Assembly (NCBI RefSeq): GCF_963921235.1
Contig: NC_086097.1
Span: forward strand, 142,106,001-142,170,000
Length of the DNA: 64,000 bases
Source of the DNA: Mobula hypostoma
Taxonomy: Eukaryota
Direction of reading: 5' to 3'
Shown: piece by piece, positions 26,281 through 40,403 of the stretch
How the letters are laid out: each line of letters starts with the position of its first letter
How positions within the stretch are numbered: the first letter of the stretch is position 1
Made by a program: the position numbers and the translations under genes
Notes under the pieces: generated by a model
Database searches by the model: none
The model's input: only the letters and a program-made list of their open reading frames with translations
What the model was told of the DNA's origin: nothing

Positions 26281-27153
26281 GAGATGAGTTAGGGTAATTG
26301 GCAGAATGGTGCAAGTACAACAACTTGAGTCTCAATGTGGACAAGACTAAAGAAGATTGTGGACTTCAGGAAGATGTATACTGACTACTTTTCAGTGAAC
26401 ATAAACCGCTCCTCTGTGGAGAGAGTTAGGAGCACCAAGTTTCTGGGAGTGCAAATAATGGACGATCTCACCTGATCCCTCAACACCACCTCTTAAGTCA
26501 AGAGCAGTGCCTCCACTTCCTGAAGAGAATGAAGCGAGTGAGCCTCCCTCCCCCCACCTCTCCTATTCTAACCAACTGCATCACTGTCAGGTATGGAAAT
26601 TGCAAGTCATCTGACCAAAAGATCCTACAAACAATTGAGAGGACTGCTGAGAGGATCATTGGGGTCTCCCATCCAAGATATTTACCAGGAGTGCTATATA
26701 CACAGGACACTTAGCATTGTGAATGATCCCTCCCATCTGTCCAACAATCACTCTGACTCCCACCTTCAAACAGCAGGTACTGTAGCATTAGGACAAGGAC
26801 TGTTCGAATGGAAAACAGTTTCTTCCCATGGGCCATGAGACAACCTGCTACCATCCAGGTCTGATCACCTATGAAGCACCAAGTTGTGTCAGACAAGCAC
26901 CTTACTATCTCAGCCCGAAACATCGACTGTACCTCTTCCTAGAGATGCTGCCTAGCCTGTTGCGTTCACCAGCAACTTTGACGTGTGTTGCTTGAATTTT
27001 CAGCATCTGCAGAATTCCTCGTGTTTACCTTATTTTTGTTAATTTTTTTGTGGTAACATTATTTTAAGTGTTGTGTGTGAGTTATGTGTACTGTGTTATG
27101 TACCGGGGGATGTTGCATCGTTTGCCAGTATACATTTATAATAAACTTGAATT
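26281..27153 (+). mobile_element. Rex1/Babar-type LINE 3' fragment containing a short PLE 3' tip (about 26908-27027)
   Basis: Similar to 37740-38670 (agcaccaagtttctgggagtg; LQTIERTAERIIGVS). The insert matches the PLE end cccgaaacatcgactgtacctcttcctagagatgctg. Confidence 0.8.
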
Positions 27154-27957
27154 TAATAAAGAGATTAAATAAATTCTTTTTCAACTGTATGTTATAAATT
27201 CAACTCGTTATGAATTCACATTTAAAGCAAATTACTTAAATTCACATGATTTACGTTTTGAAAGAGGAAGCAGTGTTGCTATCACATAGTATGAACCTTG
27301 ATATATTGTACCAGACAATTCAGCTGAGTTGAACATTACCTTGAATAAAGAAAGAATATCAGCACTCGTTTATTTGTTAATGCTTGCAGCAACTCCAAAG
27401 AACCCCTTGAAAATATAAAGATTTGCTTTTAAATCAAATCTCTTATCTGATTTAATCTACAACTTTGAGCCATTCCATCAAGATCTTATAATTCATTTCA
27501 CCACCCACAATAGGAAGAATTCATCAGTCTAGCAAATTAAGTAACATGGAGCCCATGGCAAGCAAAGCAATTAACCATTCCAGTATATTTTTGTATTATT
27601 AAAATAATGACTCCAGTAAATGAGATCACTATGTAGCTCCACATTCCATGTCTATTTTGATTTATGCCCACTCTTTATTTTGCAACTCTGCTTATTTAAT
27701 CTTCAAATTTTAGTTCCATCCTGCAATTAAGCGGTTCCAAGTAAAGTCATGTCACTGTCATGGATCATATTGTCATCTTTGTCACTCCTTTAATTTTGGT
27801 GTCCAGCCCTTGCTTGGCTCTTTAAATCTATCTAACAAAGTAAACCTTTCACTCACCCCTCGCACTTTACATAGAAATTCTGCAATTAATACAGAGCTTG
27901 CTTGTTCAAAATATACCAGCAATCTCATTAAAAATATAAATCTATTGGAGAACATAA

Positions 27958-28225
27958 GCTGTCTGATGGTCAAGGTAAGTCTTCACCCATCTGGTCTAGC
28001 TAAAGAGAACTGATCTTACTGGCTTTCCACACCATGAAGTCAGGCAGCAAGTTTTTGATGGTGGGTCGACCTCTGGTGATGGTGCTGAGTCCAAGCCACA
28101 GGAACGTCCCAGAAAAATGTTGATTGCAAAGCTGAGAGCAAAGCATTAGCTTCTGATATTCTGATCATTTTTAAATGCCTCTAGCATTCAAAGGTATTTA
28201 GAAGCAATTAAAAGCTGAAGAAAAA
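27958..28225 (+). repeat. Left arm of a diverged ~270-bp inverted repeat (partner at 29420-29705)
   Basis: By-eye alignment, e.g. ggaacgtcccagaaaaatgttgattgcaaagctgagagca versus the reverse complement ggaatatcccagaaagatactgatagcaaatttgagagca. Confidence 0.75.
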
Positions 28226-29419
28226 AAAATTCATGACAATTTATTTGATGTATCCATTTCTGAAAATATTAACAAGAACACCAATGTATAAGAAAGCAAA
28301 GAAAAGGAGCAAAACTAGGACATCTGGCCCTTCAAGACTTCTGTTATTCATTAAGATCACAGGCAGATCAGTCATGTCATTTTCCAGCATCATCATCATA
28401 TCCCTTGATTTCGAAAATATCCAGAAATCTCCTGATTTGAAAGAAACAATGGCTTAGCTCCCAAGGCTGTAGAATTCCTAAGGGTCTCTACCCTGCAAGT
28501 TTATTTCACTTTGGTCTCCTACTGTGCAGCAATTCCTCAGTGGCAACCTCATTGGATGCTCCAGAGTAAGTCAGGAATGTAGTCTTTTAAGTTATGAAGA
28601 ATGGCTAGAAAGGCTTAGGCTTTTTAGTGTAGAAGAAAGGAAAGTAAACTTGGTAAGAGAAACAAAGTAGCAATGGATGCAGAAAAACAATTAAGCATTT
28701 CAATTCAAATTACACTGCAGGAATAGAACTAAGGAGCAGAGGTCCAATTATTAAAAGACTGTATTGATGTTAGAAAATAAGATCAACATGTAGAACAAAC
28801 TTTTAGATAAGAACAGACTACTCCTTGGATAATTTAAGCAAAACAATTGTATTTTACAATGCACCAGGAGGTAAGAATATGAATCTCTCAAAATAGCTGT
28901 TAAAAAAGAACAAGGAGTTTGTCTTATCCATAATTATCCAGCATAGAATATTTTCCAAATTAGCAAAATATATTTCTCATTTTTAAATTGTAATTTTGTA
29001 TTGGTAACTATCTGAAAAGAATCTCAGTTTAACATCTTATCTGAAGAACAATACAGTATACCCTCAAATGAGATCTTATATCATGAACACACTTGGAGTG
29101 AAAATTGCTAGATTAGATTTCAATGGTTCTGAATAGCATTAACAACTCTGAGTAGCTCAAATTTCAGTAGATCTCCTGCACAACTAAATAGAAAATCCAT
29201 ACCTTAACAACTTACAGATGGTATTGCATCTTCATTATATTTCATCCCATCCCAATGCTAGACTTCATATGGAGGCCAAAAGAGCTCAGTCTTTTTGGGA
29301 TGTCATCCTCAAACCTTTTGCCAAATTAAACCTGACACACGAACGGGACACTTCTTATTTCAGTGGGGATTCTAAACTTACAAAGGGAAAGGTAAATGAC
29401 TTCTTGAGAATATAAATAG

Positions 29420-29705
29420 TTTTCATTTTCTTCAATTCTGTACTTCAATTTTTAATTGTTTTTGAACACTGGAGATATTTAAAATTATTAAAATTTCAAG
29501 CAGCTTTGTCAAAAGCCAAAGTTCTGCTCTCAAATTTGCTATCAGTATCTTTCTGGGATATTCCAGTTGTGCGAACTTGGCATTACATCACCAGAATCCT
29601 AACCACCACTGAGATTGCACTGTCTGCCTTGAGAGTGTAGCAGCAAACAAGATCAACTCTCTTTAACTAGACAACAGGGTGGAGGCATACTTTGACTATG
29701 GACAG
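29420..29705 (-). repeat. Right arm of the diverged inverted repeat
   Basis: Reverse complement gtcaaagtatgcctccaccctgttgtctagttaaagagagttgatctt aligns with gtcaaggtaagtcttcacccatctggtctagctaaagagaactgatctt (27969-28017). Confidence 0.75.
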
Positions 29706-29791
29706 ATCCCATAAAATGTTAATTAACTGTGTGATTTCCTACAATGCTGAACTATACACATGCTCAGCTTCTGCTAAACACATTGAGATTA

Positions 29792-30320
29792 TATACTTAA
29801 TGGCCACTGTATTAGATAAAGGAGTAGAACCCACCGTGGTCTTCTGCTGTTGTACCCAATCCACTTCAAGGTTCAACGTGTTGTGTGTTCGAAGATGCTC
29901 TTCTGCACTCCACTATTGCAATGTGTCACTATTTGAGTTACTGTGGCTTTCCTGTCAGGTTGAACCCATTTGGCCATTCTCCTCTGACCCCTCTCATTAA
30001 CAAGGCATTTTCGCCCACGGAACTGCCGCTTACTGGATTTTTTTTTGTTTTTCATATCATTCTCTATAAACTCCAGAAACTGGTGTGTGTGAAAATCCCA
30101 GGAGATCTGCAGTTTGAAATACTCAAGCCACCCAGTCTGGCACCAATCATTCCATGGTCAAAGTCACATTTCTTCCCCATTCAGATCTTTGATCTGAACA
30201 ACAACTGAACCTATTGACCATGCCTATATGGGCTTTTATGCATTGAGTTGCTGTCACGATTGCCTCATTAGATATCTGTACACCTACTTAATGTAGATAT
30301 ACCTAATAAAGTGGCCATTA
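29792..30320 (-). mobile_element. Tc1-derived non-autonomous element
   Basis: Ends tggccactgtattag / cctaataaagtggcca. Transposase N-terminal remnant GRKCLVNERGQRRMAKWVQPDRKATVTQI. Confidence 0.8.
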
Positions 30321-30794
30321 CTTCCTCTCTTTCCCACTCCACTCGTCTTCAAATCACTTGTCCAAATCCTAATTCTGCTTTCTTTAATTCTCAAAATCTG
30401 CTTTTCTGCATATGCCACTCTCTCTTTGCTCCATCACTAGTCCAAACAGCTACATCTAATCCACTGGTACTCCTTGAACTTAACTCCATCTCTGTTCTTC
30501 TCCCATATTTTAAATCCTCTGAAAAGCTTTACCTTTAATTAAATTATTGGCCTGCTGAATGCCTTGAGTGTAAGCTTCTTGCTGCTAGGAGCTAAGTGAA
30601 GTCAAGTTTTTGGATGACAAAGTAAAAACTAATGCAAAGAGATGACAAAATGTAGAAACTTCACTGATAATTTATACTGAATCAATTGGTGTTGAAAAGA
30701 CATGAATTAACACGTCACCAGCTGTCTTGTATTACAATGCTGCTGGACAGAGGAGTGATAGTATGAATGACAGAATATATGGGCACATCAGTAG

Positions 30795-31545
30795 AAAATA
30801 CTGCTCTACTCTCTACACTTGTGACTGTGTGGGTAAGCACAGCTCAAATGCATTCTATAAATTCACAGATGACACCATTATTGCCAGTAAAATCTCAGCT
30901 TGCGACGAAGAGGTATACAGGAGTGAGAAAATCCGGCTGGTTGAGTGGTGTTGTAACAACAACCTCGCAGTCAACATCAGCAAGGCCAAAGAATTGACTG
31001 TGGACTTCAGGAAGGGGAAGTGGGGAGAAGACATACTGGTCCTTAATGAGAGGTTAGTAATGGAAAGGGTGAGCAGCTTCAAGTTCCTAGGCATTAACAG
31101 CTCGGAGGTTCTATCCTGGGTCCAATGCACTGTTGGAATTACATGCCAGTTGCTCTACTTTGTTGCTTGAGAATTAGTATGTCACCACTCTTGCAAATTC
31201 CTATAGATGTACCATGGACAAATCCCAACTGGTTGCATCACATCTGCCAGGTGTAGAGGCTCCAATGCACAGGATCAGAAGAGGTGGCAGAGGGCTGCAT
31301 ATTCAGCCAACTCCATCACGGGCACAATCCTTCCCACCATTGAGGGCATCTTCAAGAGACAGTGCTGCAAAATGACATCATCCTTCACTAAGGACCGTCA
31401 TCATCTGGGACATGCCTTCTTCTCATTACTACCATCAGGGAGATGGTACAGAAGCCTGAAGACCCAAAGTGAACTATTTAGGAACAGCTTCTTCCCCATT
31501 GCCAGCAAATTTCTCAACAGTCCATGAACCCATCAACACTATTTG
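30795..31545 (+). mobile_element. Rex1/Babar-type LINE 3' fragment
   Basis: YKFTDDTII, VEWCCNNNLAVNISKAKELTVDFRK, FSLLPSGRWYRSLK and FRNSFFP. Confidence 0.85.
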
Positions 31546-32846
31546 AACAAATTTCAAGAATCTTTGAAGATTCAAGATCCACACCTAACAGGCTCTGAAC
31601 AGAATAGCTTGCCTGACCATTTCAGAGACAAGTACATTTGGAATCATATGCAGGCCAAACCTGATACAGATGGCAAATTTCCTCCCTGGAGGAGGACACT
31701 CATGAATCAGATGGACTTCTAATGATAATCAGGTTATTTGTGGTCTTTACACAGACTGGAGGTGTTTGTAAATTCTAGATTGAAATTAAATTCAACTGCC
31801 AAGTTCAATTTGAACTTGGGTCGCTGGTTGTTGATTGAGACTGCTGGGTTTCTAGTCTAGTAACCTCGCCATTGCACCATCATCCAAGATCCACTTGATC
31901 CTGTTGAGACCATGCAGCATGGCTTGCTGCAAGATTGGCCCACCACATCTGGATTGAATGAATACAGACAGGTACTGCAAGATCCAGTTCATTAAGTCTA
32001 GCTGACTTTCCATATTTTAAATTGGTTTGTTTTTAAAAACGAACAAAAATAGAAAGGGAACACAGACCGTCTTTCCCTCATTGATCTACAGAATGAACAA
32101 ACTTAGACCCTATGTGCGTCCATTATGAAAAGAAGAACCTAAAGCTCAGCTAAAATGATGGATTTTATTTTTTAATTTTATTAAAGATAGGTCAAGCAAT
32201 TTTCTGTATTATTGGAAATTTGTAATAAATATCCAAATTGCAATTCCATAAGTTCTAGAGAGGCAAATATGACAAGTTGAACTAATTTACATACAAACTG
32301 TATCTTCTTCCCTCAAACAATATGCCGAAGGGCTGTAATTTTAGCTGATATACAGAACTGTTACTTTTATCAGACAAAGCCCCAAACCATTACTCATCTA
32401 CTTCAAATGCTTTTTTTAAAAAAAAAATCTGAATTCACTCTTGTGTGATGAGATGTTGCCATAGTGATGGTATTCATTTGCCTCAGTGCAACACAGCTCT
32501 GTACTCCGAGAGACACAACCCCCATAATTAAGTAACTTCACTAGAGGTTGTGAGGTTAGCAACAACCTTCCTGACAATTTCTTTTAAACATCAAGTAAAT
32601 TAAATATCTCATTCATTCTTTTACAACCAAAAAAAGTTGATCCACGCATCCTAAACCCATCCTTAACAAATAAGGTTGTTTGTCAAGCACCATGTTCTCC
32701 ATCCAAAATATTCACTCCATTCATCATGGGCATAACTGCAACATGCCAAGGTTTCAACCATAGCTGCCAAACCTACAACCTCAACTGCCTAGAAGGTGCA
32801 TGGGACTATTGTCATTCCAAATGCTATTCTATTCTGTCTGCAAAAA

Positions 32847-33352
32847 CACTCAGTGGCCACTTTATCAGGTACACCTGCTCACTAATGCAAATATCTAACC
32901 AGCCAATCATGCACTAACAACCTAGTGCATACAATCATGCTCAAGAGGTTCAGTTGTTATTCAGTCTGAACATTAGAATGGGGAAGAAATGTTATCTAAG
33001 TTTCTTTGGCCATGGAATGATTGTTGGTCCCAGACAGGGTGGCTTTGAATATCTCAGAAACTGCTGATCTCCTGGGATTCTCACACACAACACTCCCCAG
33101 AGTTTAAAAACAAAAAAAATCTAGTGAGCAGCACTTCTGTGAGCAAAAATATTTTGTTAATGAGAGAGGTCAGAAGAGAATGGCTAGACTGGTTCAAGCT
33201 GACAGGAAGGCAACAGTAACTCAGTTTTACAACAATGGTGTGCTGAACAGCCTCTTAGAATGTATAATATATTTGAACCTTGAAGTGGATGGCCTGTAAC
33301 AACAGACCACAATCATATAGTACATTCAGTTGGCACTTGATTAGGTACAGGA
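32847..33352 (+). mobile_element. Tc1-derived non-autonomous element, same family as 29792-30320 but inverted
   Basis: Starts cactcagtggccactttatcaggtacacc. Shares gttaatgagagaggtcagaagagaatggc...gacaggaaggcaacagtaactca. Confidence 0.8.
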
Positions 33353-33929
33353 GACACTTACCATACCTTCATTATTCTGGCAGTGTATGTGTGAGCCCTA
33401 CTTAATTTATTGTCAATAAATTTATAATGTTGTGCCTTAGCTACCAGTCAACTTCTCTTAATATTTCAGAACAAAAGTAGACCAAAACATTTGGGTATTA
33501 GCAAAATTATATAAAATTATGAAAAGTATCAATGCTCATTTTAAAAAATGTAACTTTATTCCATAACCTGCTCCCTGTATTCAGAATTCAGCTTTGGTAG
33601 TAAGTAAAAATAGTTTATTTACGTCAAAATATAAAACCCATGTAAAATTCTGTCTGCAAAATTACAGACAAGCAATGAAAGGCTGTCCGTGATCAGCAAA
33701 CACAGTGATCCATCTGCTTACTTGAAATGTAAACAGGGCCACTTAACATTCAGAACATTGTGCATGACACAAAATGCAGTAAATCACTCTTGGAGAAGAA
33801 AAAAAAATTTACTTTACTTGACTTTGCAGGAAAGAAAAACAAAAAAAAAGAATATAATTATGCAAAGAAAGCAACATTCAGCAAATCAACTCCTTGTATC
33901 TCTACAACCATCTACAACCAGTTGTAGAC

Positions 33930-34866
33930 AGGTCATGGTTGTAGATGGGTCATATTCTGCATTGTGGCCGGTGACCAGCGGTGTGCCTCAGCGATCTGTT
34001 CTGGAATCCTTACTCTTTGTGATTTTTATAACTGACCTGGATGAGGAAGTGGAGAGATGGGTCAGTAAATTTGCTGATGACACGAAGGTTGGGGGTATTG
34101 AGGATAGTATGGAGGGCTGTCAGAGGTTACAACGGGGACATTGATAGGGTGGAAAACTGGGCTGAGAAGTGGCAAATGAAGTTCAACCCAAAAAGTGTGA
34201 GATGGTTCATTTTGGTAGGTCAAATATGATGGCAGAATATAGTATCAACGGTAAGACTCTTGGCAGTGTGGCCGATCAGAGGGATCTTCGGGTCCGAGTC
34301 TACAGGACACACAAAGCTGCTACGCAGGTTGACTCTGTGCATTGGCCTTCATCAATCGTGGGATTGAGTTTAAGAGCCGAGAGGTAATGTTGCAGCTATA
34401 AAGGACCCTGGTCAGACCCCACTTGGGAGTACTGTGCTCATTTCTGGTCGCCTCACTGCAGGAAGGACGTGGAAGTCATAGAAAGGGTGCAGAGGAGATT
34501 TATAAGGTTGTTGCCTGGATTGGAGAGCATGCCTTATGAGAATAGGTTGAATGAACTCCGCCTTTTTTCCTTGGAGCGATGGAGGATGAGAGGTAACCTG
34601 ATAGAGGTGCATAAGATGATGAGAGGCATTGATCATGTGGATAGTCAGAAGCTTTTTCCCAGGGCTGAAATGGCTAGCACGAGAGGGCATAGTTTTAACG
34701 TGCTTGGACGTAGGTACAGAGATGTCAGGGGTAAGTTTTTTTATGCAGGAATTGGTGAGTGCATGAAATGGGCTGCTGGCGGCAGTGGTGGAGGCAGAAA
34801 CGATAGGGTCTTTTAAGAGACTCCTGCATGGCTACATGGAGCTTAGAAAAATAGAGGGCTAAGGGT
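33930..34866 (+). mobile_element. CR1 3' fragment, cut off before its tail
   Basis: VTSGVPQRSVL, SKFADDTK, ERVQRRFIRLLPGLE; frameshifted. Confidence 0.9.
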
Positions 34867-35412
34867 ATGCTTCGCGGATCAGTATCGGTTTGCTGCCCGG
34901 AGGGTGGGGGCCACTGAACCACCCAAACTCCGACGACTCAGTCGAACACACCACCATCAGTGTGCTCCACGCTTTCCCAATTCCGGTAAGTGATACTACA
35001 CTGTCCATACATTATTTCTACTTTATATCGGCTGTGTATTTTTACGTGTTATTTGGTATGATCTGGCAGCTTCACAGCTTAAAGGTTACTGGAGAGCGCT
35101 TGCACCGTGTTTTTGCCGACGGCGCTTGCGTGAGATTTTCGCTATGGAGAACAGTGTGGCATTGATTGTAGAAAAGTATTTCTACTTTATATAGGCTGTG
35201 TATTTATCATATCATTCCTGCTTTTACTATATGTTACTGTTATTTTAGGTTTTATGTGTTATTTGGCATGATTTGGTAGGTTATTTTTGGGTCTGCGAAC
35301 GCTCAAAATTTTCCCATATAAATAAATGGTAATTACTTCTTCGCTTTACGACATTCCGGCTTACGAACCATTTCATAGGAATGCTCTACCTTCGGATGGC
35401 GAGGGAAACCTG
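34867..35412 (+). mobile_element. Right half of a second Tigger-like copy
   Basis: Aligns with 20491-21063 and ends ...gggaaacctg-TA. Confidence 0.9.
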
Positions 35413-36665
35413 TATTTCTTTTAATTTTTTTTATGTTTTAATAACTTAGTAGAACTTCTTATTCTTCCAGCATTTTCTTTGTAAAACTTGAGCTGAATTT
35501 TGGATGTTAATAATTACAATTCCTAATAGTAAAGGAGAAATTTGTAGGATATATAAGACCACTGGTAGATGTCAGCAAGAAAACATTAAGAGTACAATAG
35601 GTAGAGGGGATTTAGAGCAAAGATGACCACGGATTTATTATGTAAAGTTTACAAATTTGGAAATGTTAACAGTGAAGAAACAAATTTCAGAAGGGCATTA
35701 ACTGGTGAAGTTAACAGACATAAAAGCAGTTGAAATTTATTCTTAACAGAATAATTTCAGCTTCTCTTGTTTCTCCACATTTTGAGTATCATTCAGGTAA
35801 ATCAGCACTGCATCCCAGTTACTCCAAATAAAGTCTAAAATTCAGAGTTCTAGGGGAATAACAAGGGGAAATATATGCCTTTTTACTTAAGACCACTTAG
35901 CAAGAAGACATAAATGTAAGATAATTGTCAAAAGAATTGGCAACAGGGAATGGATGAAAGTATGAAGAGATTTTTTTCCCTAACACAAATTATTATGATC
36001 TGGAAATACCTGCCTTTTAAGGGGAACAGAAGTTCAATGATACTTTCTGTAGGAAAATACATAATGTAAGTAAGTAGGAAGAACTTGCCGGCCTCATTAG
36101 AAAGACCGGGGAGCAGAAATACATGGATGATTCTTTTTTAAAAATTGTTATAATGCTTAGCATTATTTTGAATTCTTAAGTACAAGGAGTATCTCAGAGG
36201 TATCAATATTTTCAGAGATCTCCATATACATGCAAGTTTAAATTTGCTGTTTCATACCATTTCACTGAACCCCTACCTTTCAATAGAGAAAGCCCAGCGA
36301 CCAACAGTAAAAAGCAGAATCACAAAATCTAATTACAAAATGACAGGAAGCCCATTACTTTTAGGATACAATCTTATATTCCAATGCATCTATGCTAAAC
36401 CATGCTCTTTTTGAATAACGCTCATCAACAAATGAGCTGTAGACTTTGTGAATATCAAAAGAACAGGCCTCAGCCTTTACTTTGCTAAATTTCAAGACAA
36501 GAGAGAGACAAAAGCAAGAAAAAGCCATGCAGCCTATTCCCCCCAGTATTATTCAGGCAACACACACAATATCTATATATAATTTTATTCTCAAATGCAG
36601 AGCCTTTAAAATGACACAGGGAAAATTAGAAATATGCAGAAAATATTTCATCTGCAAGATCTATT

Positions 36666-36970
36666 GGGAGCCATGGCAGCACAGCAGTTAGTGCAATGTT
36701 ATTATGGCTCAGGGCGTTCCGGAGTTTGGAGTTCAATTTCAAGACCATTCTGTAAGGAGTCTGTATGTCCTCCCTGTGGAATTCAGGGATTTTCCCAGGT
36801 ACTCTGGTTTTCTCCCACAGACCAAAGACATACTGGGTAGGTTAATTAGTCATTGTAAATTGTCCCATGATTAGGTTAGGATTAATCACGTGTGTTGGGG
36901 ATTGCACGGCATAGCTTGAAGGGCCAGAAGGGCCTACTTAGCACTGTATCACTAACTAATAAAAAAAAAA
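36666..36970 (+). mobile_element. tRNA-derived V-SINE (HE1-like) with CR1-like 3' tail
   Basis: tRNA-like head (gcacagcagttag...gagttcaatt), V-domain ggtactctggttttctcccacagaccaaagac, tail gaagggccagaagggcct resembling the CR1 3' end, A-rich end. Confidence 0.75.
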
Positions 36971-37199
36971 TTAAACTCTCAACCGAGCATACTAAAATTG
37001 ATATAACAAATAACATGTTCCAATGCACAAATCATGACGCAAGACTCATTATTAATCTGGAGAATCAAATTCAGCTTACTTTGCACAGAAATACATCTTA
37101 TCCTGAAGAGGTGAACGTGACTGAATCTACCAAATGCTTGTCAAGTTTTACGCCAATGCGGAAAGTATTTAACAATAGATACCCTCACAGGTTGTTTTT

Positions 37200-38670
37200 T
37201 AACTACTGTCCCGTTGCTCTCACATCTATCATCATGAAATGTTTCGAGAGGCTCGTCATGAGGCACTTAAAGACCCTGCTGTCCCCTCACTGGACCCCCT
37301 GCAGTTCGCGTATCGTCCCAACTGCTCAACAGACGACACCATTGCCATCACCCTCCAGCTGGCCCTCACCCACCTGGACGAAAAGGACACATACATTTGA
37401 ATGCTGTTCATAGACTTCAGTTCAGCATTCAACACAATCATTCCTCAGCACCTGATTGGAAAGCTGAAACTGCTGGGCCTGAACACCTCCCTCTGCAACT
37501 GGATCCTAGACTTCCTGACTGGGAAACCTCAGTCAGTTCGGATCGGGAGCAGCATCTCCAACACCAGCACACTGAGCACAGGGGCCCCTCAGGGCTGTGT
37601 GCTCAGTCCACAGCTGTTCACTCTGCTGACCCACGACTGTGCTTCAACACACAGCTCGAACCACATCATCAAGTTCGCCAATGACACAACCCTGGTGGGT
37701 CTCCTCAGCACGGACGATGAGTCAGCATACAGACAGGAGGTGCAGCGGCTAACAGACTGGTGCAGAGCCAACAACCTGTCCCTGAATGTGGACAAAAGAG
37801 ATGGTTGATGACTTCAGGAGAGCATGGAGCGACCACTCTCCACTGAACACTGACGGCTCCTCTGTAGAGATCGTTAAGAGCACCAAATTTCTTGGTGTTC
37901 ACCCGGCAGAGAATCTCACCTGGTCCCTCAACACCAGCTCCATAGCAAAGAAAGCCCAGCAGCATCTCTAATTTCTGAGAAGGCTGAGAAAAGTCCATCT
38001 ACCTGCCCCCCCCGCCCCCCCATCCTCACCACATTCTACAGAGGATGTATCGAGAGCATCCTGAACAGCTGCATCACAGCCTGGTTCAGGAATTGCACCG
38101 TCTCGGATCACAAGGCCCTGCAGCGGATCGTAAGGTCAGCTGAGATCATCCGGGTCTCTCTTCCCGCAATTACAGACATTTATACCACACACTGCACCCG
38201 CAAAGCTAACAGTATTGTGAAGGACCCCACGCACCCCTCACACAAACTCTTCTCCCTCCTGCCAGCTGGCAAAAGGTACCAAAGCATTTGGGCTCTCACG
38301 ACCAGACTGTGCAACAGTTTCTTCCCCCAAGCCATCAGACTCCTCAATACTCAAGAGTCTACACTGACATCTACATCATTTATTATTATATTGTAATTTG
38401 TCCTCTACTGTGCCTATTGTCTTGTTTATTAATTATTGTACTGCCCTGCACGGTTTTGTGCACTTTACATAGTCCTGTGCAGGTCTGTAGTCCAGTGCAG
38501 TTTTTATGTTGTTTTACATAGTCTAGTGTAGCCTTGTGCTGTCTCACATAGTCTAGTGTAATTTTGAGTTGTTTCATGTAGCACCAGGGTCCTGGAGGAA
38601 CATTGTTTCATTTTTACTATGTACTGTACTAGCAGCTTGTGGTTGAAATGACAATAAACGACTTGACTTA
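37200..38670 (+). mobile_element. Rex1/Babar-type LINE, 5'-truncated (RT domain and 3' UTR)
   Basis: [53 protein letters not shown]. 3' UTR carries short acatagtctagtgta repeats and the tail aataaacgacttgactt. Confidence 0.92.
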
Positions 38671-39199
38671 AATACTGAAAGATTGCTATAGCTTGATGAA
38701 TGTCAAAACTTCAAGTATTTTTTTAAAACAAATAAATTAGTCAAAGTTGCTTTAATCCGTACAAATTGAACGATTTTACTTTTCACTTATCAAAGATGAT
38801 TGACATATATACGTTGTCAATATTGTAAGACAACTTCTTGATTTGTCCTGATGATGTGGTATGATTTAGATGAAATGCACCAGGCTATTTTTGAATTGTC
38901 ATACTCATGACCATTCTAAAATCAAATCCATACCCCTTTCTGCCATCTTGATCCTGTATCTTTGCCTGATTCAAACACTTCATCCTATTTGCTAAAAAAG
39001 AATCTCAACATTAAAAAGACTGAATTTCTTTTAATCTTTCCCACCAATATGTCAAATTTAAATTGATAGACAATTTTTGCTAACTCTTCAGTGACTGCTT
39101 CATATAGCAAATAGGAAAAAATTAGTGAACTAATACAGCTAATGTAAACTTTATACTGATCTTGAATAAAAGAGTAAGTACTCTGTATGGAGAATACAA

Positions 39200-39988
39200 A
39201 ACATGCATCAACCTAAGCTTGAATGTGGAGAAGACAAAGGAAATAATTGAGGACTTCAGGACGGTGCAGACAAACCATTCTTCATCTCCTCCATAGAGAG
39301 AGTTAAGAGTACCAAGTTCCTGGGAGCTCACATCACAGATGACCTCATCTGGTCTCTTAATATCGCCTCCCTGAACAAGAAGGCACAGCATTGTCTCCAC
39401 TTCCTAAGAAGTTTAAGGCAAGCAAGGTTTCCATCCCCCATCTTGACTGTGTTTTACAGGAGCATGAGCGAGAGCGTCCTGAAAAGTTACATCTCCATCT
39501 GGTATGGGATCAGTCAAGCATCAGACCATAAATTCCTAGAAAGAACTGTGAGAACAGTTCAGAGGATCTTGGGGATCTCCCTACTATCTATCGGGGACAT
39601 TTTGCAGGAGTGCTGCATATGCAGGGCCCTTAGTATTGTAAAGGATCCCACCCATCCATCCAGCAAGTTATTTGACTTTCTACCATCAGGCAGGAGACCA
39701 CGATGCAAAAAAAAAACAAGAACAGTCAGGATGTGAAACAGTTTCTTTCCCCAGGCCATTAGGCTTCCGAACTCCCAGCGGCATTGTATTCGAGGTGTCA
39801 CTGGTTAACCTGTTCCGTATGTTACAATACTTAATATTAATGCACTTTAGTTTGTTACATATGTGTGATTGATCTATAGATTTTATCTTTACCTTCATAA
39901 ATTATTGTGTGTTACGTGTACTACTGTGCTTTACAGCTGGTTCGAAGAGACATTGTCTCATTTCCATATACATTACATGGTTCTATAC

Positions 39989-40022
<34 letters not shown>

Positions 40023-40065
40023 TATACATGTAGATTAATGACAATACGCTTCACTCACTTCACTT
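39200..40065 (+). mobile_element. Rex1/Babar-type LINE 3' fragment with (TA)n(CA)n microsatellite at about 39989-40022
   Basis: FYRSMSESVL, ERTVRTVQRILG, KDPTHPSSKLFDFLPSGRR. Confidence 0.82.
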
Positions 40066-40403
40066 AAAGTCTTAGTAATCCCTCATCATGCTTCCTAACT
40101 GATTGTCACTACTTTCACAAGACAACCTTTACAAGACATTTTCTATGTTATCTTTTAAAGTCTTGACTTAAATTGTATTGTCTTCTCCCCCCTGTAGCTT
40201 CTAAGTTCAAGGCAATGCAGTATTAATATGTACAACGTTGGTAATTTATGAAAATACAAAAAGTAGAATTTACTATTATTGTAGACAAGCCAGGATTATT
40301 CACAAATAAATATTTCTGAATAAATTTCCTTTTGGGAAAGTGAAACATATTCTAATTTTCAAATACAAGCATATGACATCCAGTTATACAGCTAGACACT
40401 TAC

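Noticed and set aside
28020..28131. Possible 112-nt minus-strand exon (ctctcAG ... GCCA|GTAAGA)
   Set aside because: Not a multiple of 3, has a stop in the MAP4 frame, and lies within the old inverted-repeat arm whose partner lacks the splice sites.
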